Source: a virus
DNA: 64,000 bases
Reading direction: 5' to 3' (one strand)
Virus record (IMG/VR): IMGVR_UViG_3300035665_000004
Coordinates: 57,947 to 121,946 of that record
The translations under genes and the position numbers were made by a program. The notes below the pieces were generated by a model. It worked only from the letters and a program-made list of their open reading frames with translations, had not been told where the DNA came from and searched no databases. Each line of letters begins with the position of its first letter. The stretch's first letter is position 1. Shown one piece after another: positions 48,159 through 55,923 of the stretch.

Positions 48159-49148
48159 TTAAGCTTCAATACCAGAACCGCCAGTTAAATCAACACTACA
48201 TGATCCTGCCGCAGCAACAACTTCTGTAGCCCACGTAATTTTCTGGACATTAGTTTGACTTGAACCAGAAATACTATAGCCGTCAAATTCACAAGCTAAC
48301 ATATTAGCATTAGAAAAATTAATAGTAAATAACGGCAATTGAATAACACTATCAGAAACATAAGAATGTTTAATATTTGAATCTGTGTTTGCAATCCAAT
48401 AACCATACGTACCATTTCTATTTAATCCAGCAGGTGTTCCAGTTACCGCAAATGAAATTGTTGCTGCAGATGTACTTGTACTATAAGTATATTTATATGA
48501 TGTATTTGTACCTGTTGCCTTAGTTAATCCATAAGTGTAACTTGATAACATCGGTCTTCCTGCAGATGTTGATGTTGCAGATGTTCTTGTTTCCCATATA
48601 TCAGTGGTAGTATCAATAGTAGCCCAAGATCCTGAACCATTAGTGATATAACCTCTCGATTGTACAGCATGGTCAACTAAAGAACCACCCATACCAATAG
48701 GACAACTGTTAGTATTTGCAGCAGACTGTGTTGAATGTGTAAATTTTGTTACCGTTTGGTTTGTATTGGTCATGTATCCACGGATTTTAGAGGATATACT
48801 CGGACTATTATTTGGTGAATGTGATAATAAACCACCTAAATTCGATGTCGTTTGTGTAGTTTTATCATACTTACAAACACTAGAACCATTTGATGCTCCA
48901 CCACCAATATAAGCAGTAGTTTTAATACCAACCGCTTCAATTTGTACTCTAATACTTTCCAATGTACTGTTTACAGTGTTAAACATACTATCGGTTTGTG
49001 TTGATAAATAGTGTACTGCATTGTGATCGTGACCAGAAGCAGATACAATAGTAGCAGGAGTATTTTTGAATTTTGCCCATGCAACCTTTCCATCGGTTTC
49101 AATAACTTGAATACCCGCAACTGTTAAACTTTTAAGTGCTGTTGTCAT
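48159..49148 (-). CDS. Kelch-like six-blade propeller virion protein (second type)
   Basis: G.V.W...KNTP...HDH N-terminal module and repeated GY.xGG...K.T..T blades. Confidence 0.55.
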   Translation of the reverse strand: MTTALKSLTVAGIQVIETDGKVAWAKFKNTPATIVSASGHDHNAVHYLSTQTDSMFNTVNSTLESIRVQIEAVGIKTTAYIGGGASNGSSVCKYDKTTQTTSNLGGLLSHSPNNSPSISSKIRGYMTNTNQTVTKFTHSTQSAANTNSCPIGMGGSLVDHAVQSRGYITNGSGSWATIDTTTDIWETRTSATSTSAGRPMLSSYTYGLTKATGTNTSYKYTYSTSTSAATISFAVTGTPAGLNRNGTYGYWIANTDSNIKHSYVSDSVIQLPLFTINFSNANMLACEFDGYSISGSSQTNVQKITWATEVVAAAGSCSVDLTGGSGIEA

Positions 49149-49157
49149 AATATCCTC

Positions 49158-50198
49158 CTATGCCTCAGCCGTTCCAGCAGATGACTGTTCATATGCCAAA
49201 TCACCACCAATTACCAAAGAAGCAACTTCCGTTGTCCATATCATTTTTTGTACTTTACCATGTTGAGTATTATCCGCACCACCACTGTATCCACCCATCA
49301 AATAAGCAGCTGTATCGCCACCAACTGCATTACTTTCAGAAAAGTTAATTGAAAATACCGATATTGTTGTTGATGTATCGGTAATCATATTAATGCGATG
49401 ATTTGCATTAGTAAAACCAACCCAATAACCAACATCTTTATTTCTAGAAACCCCAACCATTTGCCAACCAGAACCACCTGTACTTGCGGCTGCAGAAGAT
49501 GTACCAGTAGCATAGATATATTTATAAAAACCCGAACTACCCGTTCCACCAGCATAACCAAAGGTTGCACTTGATAACATCTGTCTACCATCGGTATAAG
49601 CCGAGGCACTTGCCAAACCTGAATAAGTTTTAGTTACTGGATTTAATAATGTCCATTGGTTACTATTATTTGTTAAAAATATCTTCGTTTGTTGATATAA
49701 ATCATAAAGTGTACCATTGATAGTATATGGTGCATTTCCAGCAACAGTTGAACATGTTTCAGTCGCATAAGTGATACTATCACTTTTTGATCTATCAGTC
49801 ATGTCATGGAAAAATCCAACTTTTTCAGATGAACTACCAGGTGAGTAATAACAAGTAACACTAGAGATTTGACCCATATCAGAACCAGTTTCGGTTGTTG
49901 CGTTAAATCTTTGAACTCTAAGTGTTTTAATCCCTGTTGAACCTTTATAACCACCATTTAAATAACCCTTTGTTTTTAACGGTCTTGATGTTAAAGATTT
50001 TGTTATTTCTTGCACAGTATTCATTGTTGTAGTAAATCTATCTTCGATAGATGCCTTTGATGAATAAAGTGAATCATGGTTGTGGTTTGAAGTATCAACA
50101 ACTGAAGCTGGCACGTTTTTAATTGCGTTATAACTTATCTTACCACTAGAATCAATGATAACTGAACCGTTATAACTTATTTGTTTAAACTTAGCCAT
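49158..50198 (-). CDS. Kelch-like six-blade propeller virion protein (second type)
   Basis: Paralog of 48159..49148 (KGYLNGGY...QRFNATTET; AYLMGGY...QKMIWTTE). Confidence 0.55.
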   Translation of the reverse strand: MAKFKQISYNGSVIIDSSGKISYNAIKNVPASVVDTSNHNHDSLYSSKASIEDRFTTTMNTVQEITKSLTSRPLKTKGYLNGGYKGSTGIKTLRVQRFNATTETGSDMGQISSVTCYYSPGSSSEKVGFFHDMTDRSKSDSITYATETCSTVAGNAPYTINGTLYDLYQQTKIFLTNNSNQWTLLNPVTKTYSGLASASAYTDGRQMLSSATFGYAGGTGSSGFYKYIYATGTSSAAASTGGSGWQMVGVSRNKDVGYWVGFTNANHRINMITDTSTTISVFSINFSESNAVGGDTAAYLMGGYSGGADNTQHGKVQKMIWTTEVASLVIGGDLAYEQSSAGTAEA

Positions 50199-50211
50199 AA
50201 GTTGACCTCCA

Positions 50212-50769
50212 TTATTTAATTTGTTGTTTCAACTCATCGATTTGAGCTTGTTGACTTTTAACTACTTCAACTAACAATGCAGTTAATCTACCATAATTCA
50301 TACCTTCAACTTCACCTTCAGAGGTTTTATCAACAATTTCAGGTAATACTTTTTCAACTTCTTCAGCAATAAAACCAATATCTTTTTTACCACTTACTTT
50401 CCAATCATAAGAAACACCTTGTAACTGTGAAATCGTTTCAAAAGCATTCTGTAATGGCACAACATTCTCTTTAAATCTAATTGATGACGTTTCAACGAAA
50501 TCAGTCACAGTTAAAGTTCCATTGACTGTGACGTTACCAGTAATAGTCCCACCAGTAACTTTAAGGTACGTACTACCCAAATCAACTACCGCTGGTGGAA
50601 TTTTTTCCCAACTACCTTTAGTATTCTTTTTAAATTGTGTACCATCGTCTTTTTCAAAAATTGAATTTGTTGGTGCTGATGTTACAAGTGCTGGATTTGA
50701 AATAGTAGTATTATCTTTACTACTATCACCCACATATGTTTTGAATTTGAATTTACTTAAATAACCCAT
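50212..50769 (-). CDS. Short fibre/adaptor with a peptidase S74 intramolecular chaperone domain
   Basis: TSSIRFKENV...GVSYDWK...DIGFIAEEVEKVLPEIV...NYGRLTALLVEVVK plus a terminal coiled coil. The Ser and +5 Lys dyad is intact. Confidence 0.8.
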   Translation of the reverse strand: MGYLSKFKFKTYVGDSSKDNTTISNPALVTSAPTNSIFEKDDGTQFKKNTKGSWEKIPPAVVDLGSTYLKVTGGTITGNVTVNGTLTVTDFVETSSIRFKENVVPLQNAFETISQLQGVSYDWKVSGKKDIGFIAEEVEKVLPEIVDKTSEGEVEGMNYGRLTALLVEVVKSQQAQIDELKQQIK

Positions 50770-50801
50770 TTTTTATCTCCTTTAAATTGTATTCAATCAG
50801 A

Positions 50802-51335
50802 TTACATACCTAACCATGTTAAAACACCTGCATCATTTGCAGCCATATATAACACGCCAGTATCAGTGTCTTTCCAAATTGAACCATCAACAGCAGTTGC
50901 TGGAGCATTTGCTTGTTGGAAGAATCTGATATAACCAGTTGAATCGACACCAGCTAATTTTTGTGAATCTGCAGCTGTAGCAGTAGTAGATAACTTACCA
51001 TCAATGCTGGTCTGTAATGTTGAAACTGCATTTGTTCTTGCAGTTATTTCACTAGTGATTGACGCTGATAATGTTGCGTCAGCAGATTTATAAGCTGAAT
51101 CTAATGCAGAAATAGTATTTGTTAACGTTGTAATTGCAGCTTGTCTCGCAGATGTTTCAGATGCGATTGCTGTTTGTCTAGCAGCTACTTCAGCAGAAAC
51201 CGCAGATTGTCTAGCATTTGTTTCGGAAGTAAGTGACGTTTGTAACGCAGTATCCGCGTTTTGTCTAGTAGTAGCTTCCGTTTGAACTGCAGTGGCAATA
51301 ACACTACCCATTTTTTTAAAAATTGAATCAGGCAT
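50802..51335 (-). CDS. Tail fibre-like protein, DSIFKKMG family (copy C)
   Basis: MPDSIFKKMG, coiled-coil repeats and a C-terminal domain shared with 44626..45276. Confidence 0.65.
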   Translation of the reverse strand: MPDSIFKKMGSVIATAVQTEATTRQNADTALQTSLTSETNARQSAVSAEVAARQTAIASETSARQAAITTLTNTISALDSAYKSADATLSASITSEITARTNAVSTLQTSIDGKLSTTATAADSQKLAGVDSTGYIRFFQQANAPATAVDGSIWKDTDTGVLYMAANDAGVLTWLGM

Positions 51336-51370
51336 TTTTTATCTCCTTTTTTGATAATTTTTCTAAAGAA

Positions 51371-51401
51371 AAGGTGGTAATTTTTTAAAATTTACCACCT
51401 T
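51371..51401 (-). terminator. Intrinsic terminator
   Basis: AAGGTGGTAA / TTACCACCTT stem after the stop at 51414. Confidence 0.6.
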
Positions 51402-51413
51402 CGCCAATGAATT

Positions 51414-51905
51414 TTATGCTATGCCCATACCAGCATTAAATTCATTCAATTCATTGTTGGTTAATACTATATAAATTCCACCAAAGAATCCACCAAGATT
51501 ATTTTCATAACCAGTTACTACTCTGTTAGTAAATCCATCAAGGAATTCACCCATTTCTTGATCAAATCCATCATTCTCGTTGAAAAAGTTGTTGATTCTT
51601 TCCGCAACTAAAGGACTTTGTGCAACTACTTGTTTAGCAAATGTTACATCAGGATTATATCCAGTAACAACTTTTGGAAAATATGTCAATTTTTGAACTA
51701 ATGGTAATGTTTCTTTATCAGCGTTTTGATCGTTGAATGGTAAAACCGTAACTTGTGTATGTTGACCAGAATTAGTTGCATCCTGTGCGATAACAATCAC
51801 AGGTAAATTATTAGCAGCTTCCGCTTTTGCTAATGCTGGACCTTTGATCATTTCAATCGTTTTAAAATGAAATACTTCTAGTGGTTGAATACTTAAATCT
51901 ATCAT
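51414..51905 (-). CDS. Hypothetical late protein
   Basis: 163 aa with an AGGAG RBS and a TATAAATA promoter at 51944-51951. Confidence 0.75.
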   Translation of the reverse strand: MIDLSIQPLEVFHFKTIEMIKGPALAKAEAANNLPVIVIAQDATNSGQHTQVTVLPFNDQNADKETLPLVQKLTYFPKVVTGYNPDVTFAKQVVAQSPLVAERINNFFNENDGFDQEMGEFLDGFTNRVVTGYENNLGGFFGGIYIVLTNNELNEFNAGMGIA

Positions 51906-51943
51906 ATCAATTCTCCTATCATGTGTTTAATATGTTACTCTTT

Positions 51944-51951
51944 TATTTATA
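51944..51951 (-). promoter_or_regulatory. T4-type late promoter TATAAATA
   Basis: Exact motif 39 bp upstream of ATG 51905. Confidence 0.7.
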
Positions 51952-52020
51952 TCTTCAGCCATATTATTTGAAAATCACAATGGCATAGAAATCAAATTTA
52001 TCTTACTTTGATCACAGTTA

Positions 52021-52077
52021 TTTATCACTACTGTAGAAAGACATCGAAATTTAGGTTGGGAGTGGTAGGTAATTCAC
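52021..52077 (+). mobile_element. Putative miniature IS200/IS605 remnant
   Basis: TTTAT|CACT...AAGACATC...TTTAGGT...GGTAGGTAATTCAC combines the start motif seen at 11738 with an RE-like ...TTCAC end as at 1413. Confidence 0.4.
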
Positions 52078-52227
52078 ATTTTTTATGAAAATAATTGAAC
52101 TTGTCAACATTTAGTTTACAATCATTAAAACCGGTAATGATGATTTGTGGTCTCTCGAACAGAAGAATATAATTAATCTTTTAGTGATTAAAACTCAGGA
52201 ATATTGGTCATTTAAGGACATAAGAAC

Positions 52228-52261
52228 AAAACACCCTTTAATATTAACTAAAGGGTGTTTT
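52228..52261. terminator. Bidirectional intrinsic terminator
   Basis: AAAACACCCTTTA / TAAAGGGTGTTTT, after the stop at 52295. Confidence 0.7.
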
Positions 52262-52294
52262 GACATATTAACAAGATGAAAATATGTATATTTT

Positions 52295-54172
52295 CTATGC
52301 GGGTAAATCAGTTCTATTAATAATCCAATAATAGAAATCAGCATATGGGTTGGTTCTTATAGACAACATAATTCTTGAATTTGGTAACAAATTCAATTTC
52401 ATATAGCTGCCACCACCAAATCCAACCATTTTTGACCATGATTTAGTCCAGGCATAAGTTGATGTATTAATAGACCATTTGGAAATAGTTAAAAAGGATG
52501 CAGATGGATGCACAATCAACCAACTATTCGCACCATCGGGAACAATACATGCACCACCAAAATTAGGGTCAGACCCAAAACCTACAGATGTTCCCGCAGT
52601 TGAGGTAACATCTGAATATGAGGTATATGAATTATAAAGATATGTTTTTGCACCATGATATACTAATACTGCCCCTGTACTCAACGCAACACCCCAAAAC
52701 TGGGATGATGATAAGGGGTTATCCCAACCACCAGCACCAGCATTCACATCATTATATGAGGTGGAGCTACCGGAAAATACTCTTGCGTAACATTGTGATC
52801 CACTTTGATACCAATGTGTTACACCAGAAATAGCAGTATTTGCAGTTGTACTGTTTGCTTGTAACAAGAATTGCATTACTGGAGATGTAGATGTTGTTGC
52901 CCCTGGGTTATATACCGAAACAGATGGTGATTCTGGATTTCTAAAATCCAAACCATGAATTCTAGTTCTAGAATCGGATGCACTATAACCAGTATTTGCA
53001 CCTAACCAACCTGAACCATCAGAATCCGGCAATCCAAAATATTGTCCATTATGATCGTGAATACCTTGTGAATTGTCAGTACCAGATTGATAAATATGTC
53101 TAGCAGTGTTATTGGCATTTAAAATAGCAGTTGCGTAACCCATAACGTGCGAACCATTACCTGGCCATGGAATGTTACCACTGTAATGAAACGAACCGGA
53201 TTTATTATCAGATACCATCGAACAAGTAGAAAAATCGTATGGTGATGAGTTATTAGTCCACAATTTTGTTGCGGTACCAACAGTAACCGTATTATCTGCA
53301 TTTACTTGAAATGGTAAAATAGTTGAACAACAACCACCTATAGCGATTGGTCTGTATCCACCTTGCATCAACCCAAACTGTGCTACACCCGCAGATACAC
53401 CATCAGTTCTTTGTACTAACCAACCATAACTTTGAGTATTTGTATTGTTCCAGTTAATATCTGGAAAATACTGTGATAATGAAATTGAACCTGTAGCGGC
53501 AAAAGTTATTCCCGTCGAACTACTACTTGAACCACCAGAAATAGTAATATCCCCTGAACCAACCAGTGAATTACCATTTATAGTTTTTAGTCCAGTAGTA
53601 GATAATTTTGCATCTAACGCAGATTGTAACCCAGTAACAGTGGAAATAGAGTGATTATGTGAATCATCAACAACAGTAGTAGTTATTGAAACATTACCAG
53701 TACCATCAAATGAAACTGACCCAGTAACATCACTAGTCAAAGAAATAGTTCTTGCAGTTGCTAATTTAGTTGCTGCTGTTGCAGTTGCAGTTAGACCTAA
53801 TTTACCATCAATGTTTGTTTGTAATGTATTCACCGCAGTAGTTCTAGCTGTAACTTCATTAGCCAATGCAGTATTGTTTGATGTAACATATGATGCGAAT
53901 GCGTTATCATTAGTAGTATCAACTGAGTTAATCAAAGTAACAATTTCAGCAAATGAATCTTTATCAGCAGATGATGCTGATAAAATAGCATCAATTCTAG
54001 CTTTTTCGGTATTGATAGCATTTGTTAAAGTTGTATCAGCAGATTGTCTAGAATTTGTTTCAGATGTAAGTGCAGTCTGTAAAGTCGTATCTGCATTTTG
54101 TCTAGCGGTAGCTTCATTTGCAACCGCTGTTGCAACTACACTACCCATTTTTTTAAAAATTGAATCAACCAT
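52295..54172 (-). CDS. Tail fibre, DSIFKKMG family (copy D), with a large receptor-binding C-terminus
   Basis: MVDSIFKKMG, a coiled coil, an ATKLATARTISL...FDGTGNVSI fibre shaft repeat and a roughly 410-aa Ser/Thr/Gly/aromatic-rich tip. Confidence 0.7.
   Translation of the reverse strand: MVDSIFKKMGSVVATAVANEATARQNADTTLQTALTSETNSRQSADTTLTNAINTEKARIDAILSASSADKDSFAEIVTLINSVDTTNDNAFASYVTSNNTALANEVTARTTAVNTLQTNIDGKLGLTATATAATKLATARTISLTSDVTGSVSFDGTGNVSITTTVVDDSHNHSISTVTGLQSALDAKLSTTGLKTINGNSLVGSGDITISGGSSSSSTGITFAATGSISLSQYFPDINWNNTNTQSYGWLVQRTDGVSAGVAQFGLMQGGYRPIAIGGCCSTILPFQVNADNTVTVGTATKLWTNNSSPYDFSTCSMVSDNKSGSFHYSGNIPWPGNGSHVMGYATAILNANNTARHIYQSGTDNSQGIHDHNGQYFGLPDSDGSGWLGANTGYSASDSRTRIHGLDFRNPESPSVSVYNPGATTSTSPVMQFLLQANSTTANTAISGVTHWYQSGSQCYARVFSGSSTSYNDVNAGAGGWDNPLSSSQFWGVALSTGAVLVYHGAKTYLYNSYTSYSDVTSTAGTSVGFGSDPNFGGACIVPDGANSWLIVHPSASFLTISKWSINTSTYAWTKSWSKMVGFGGGSYMKLNLLPNSRIMLSIRTNPYADFYYWIINRTDLPA
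53898..54007. repeat. 110-bp dispersed repeat, copy 3
   Basis: About 98% identical by eye to 11251..11360, same orientation. Confidence 0.9.
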
Positions 54173-54199
54173 TTTTATTCTCCATATTATTATAAAATT

Positions 54200-54685
54200 T
54201 TAAACACCTAATTGAGCAACTACTGCGTCAAACTCTTCAACAGTTGCGGTCGATCTTATTTGTAATTCTGTGGCGTTTCCATCAACTCTTAATTGTTCAA
54301 CTTGTTCAAACAATGTATTCAACTCATGTAATTTATCAGTTTCATCTGTACTGATTGTACCATTAACTAATTTCAATGTAAGTTGAACAGCTTTTGCGGT
54401 AAGATTCCGTTGCTTTACTTCATCACCAACTAATGAAATAATAGTAGCGGCTGTTTCTGCGTCAATTTCGTGACATTTTGCATCTTTAAGTAAATTCAAA
54501 TCTGTGAAATCTACGGTGTCTAATAACAAAACATTTGAGTTTGTCAATAACGAAAATTTTATTCTTGCATCAGTGGGCATAATTCCCACAATCAAACTTT
54601 GTAATGAAACTTGTAATAACACTTTTGTCGTTTCATCAGATTCCTGTTCGATATATTTTCTTAGTAAAGTAATGTATTTTTCCAT
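54200..54685 (-). CDS. Hypothetical protein, possibly a tail fibre chaperone
   Basis: 161 aa with a helical C-terminus (VEQLRVDGNATE..I...), directly upstream of fibre D. Confidence 0.55.
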   Translation of the reverse strand: MEKYITLLRKYIEQESDETTKVLLQVSLQSLIVGIMPTDARIKFSLLTNSNVLLLDTVDFTDLNLLKDAKCHEIDAETAATIISLVGDEVKQRNLTAKAVQLTLKLVNGTISTDETDKLHELNTLFEQVEQLRVDGNATELQIRSTATVEEFDAVVAQLGV

Positions 54686-54839
54686 TTTAGTTTCCTTGCA
54701 TAAAAATAATATTGAAATGTATATTTTTTCTACTATACACCCTACCTATATTTATCATGTGCACGATAAATTACCACCCTTTAAAAAAGTATTGTAAAAT
54801 AATTTTTGCGGATGATAACTTAAAAATTGGATCTACAGC

Positions 54840-55895
54840 ATGGATAATTGGACAAAAAATACAATCTTAAAAAAAATCCATAATGGTGAAGTAAAACAAT
54901 CAACTGTTATTTGGAAAAAATTATCTACGAACGACTTAACCGAAATTGAAAATTCTCCAGGTATTAAAAAAGTAGAAAAACTATACAACTGGTTGTATGA
55001 TAACCCATCGGTGAATTGTAAACAATGTTATTCTAGCAAAGTATCATTTAGAAATTTCACCAAAGGATATGCAACTTTTTGCTCACCACAATGTTCAGGC
55101 GATTGGTACAGAACCAATGAAACAAATGAACAAAAAAAAGTAAAAGGTAATAAGATTTCTAAAACATTGAATTCCAAATCTGTGAATGAATGGAAATTAA
55201 CGATAAGTAAAAGAAAACAAGAAAAATTTAAAAAATATGGTGATGAAAATTTTAACAATAGAGTTAAACACTGTAATACGATGCTATCAAGATACAATGT
55301 CAAGTATCCATTACAAATACAAGAAATCAATACCAAATTTAAAAATACCATAGCGACAAAGGATTGGTCACAATCCATCAAATTGCGTAAACAAACCCTA
55401 CTAAAAAACACAGGATTTGAACATCAATTAAAAAACCCAGTGGTGAAAGAAAAAATTAAAATTTCAAATTTCAAAAAATTTGGAGTTGAAAACCCAAGTC
55501 AATGTCCGGTGGTAGCAAAAAACAAACTAAAATCCTCCTATTTAAAAAAGGAATATATTTTTCCCAGTGGTCGAAAAGAATTAGTTCAAGGTTATGAACA
55601 TTTTGAAATTACCAGATTATTGAAAATTTACCACGAAGATGATATTGTAATCAATCAATTGGAAATGCCAGAAATTTGGTATTTTAAAGATGGTAAAAAA
55701 CATAGGTACTTTCCAGATATTTTCATACCAAAAGAAAACAAAATTATTGAGGTAAAAAGTGATTATACTTTAAAATTACATTTAGAAGCAAATTTACTCA
55801 AAAAATTAAGATGTCTCGAATTGGGGTTTAATTTTGAATTTAGGATATATGATGCTAATATGAATTTGTTAGATGAGGAGGAATTTTTCAATTAA
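54840..55895 (+). CDS. Free-standing PD-(D/E)XK homing endonuclease-like protein
   Basis: C..C...FCSPQC zinc finger, YG/FGVENPSQ repeats and a C-terminal RYFPDIFIP..NKIIEVKS nuclease motif. Confidence 0.75.
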   Translation: MDNWTKNTILKKIHNGEVKQSTVIWKKLSTNDLTEIENSPGIKKVEKLYNWLYDNPSVNCKQCYSSKVSFRNFTKGYATFCSPQCSGDWYRTNETNEQKKVKGNKISKTLNSKSVNEWKLTISKRKQEKFKKYGDENFNNRVKHCNTMLSRYNVKYPLQIQEINTKFKNTIATKDWSQSIKLRKQTLLKNTGFEHQLKNPVVKEKIKISNFKKFGVENPSQCPVVAKNKLKSSYLKKEYIFPSGRKELVQGYEHFEITRLLKIYHEDDIVINQLEMPEIWYFKDGKKHRYFPDIFIPKENKIIEVKSDYTLKLHLEANLLKKLRCLELGFNFEFRIYDANMNLLDEEEFFN

Positions 55896-55923
55896 TTCTT
55901 CCTCATCCTAATCCATTACAAAT

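Noticed and set aside
10797-54172. Shufflon or invertible tail-fibre switch
   Set aside because: The repeats are all in direct orientation and no site-specific recombinase is present in the window.
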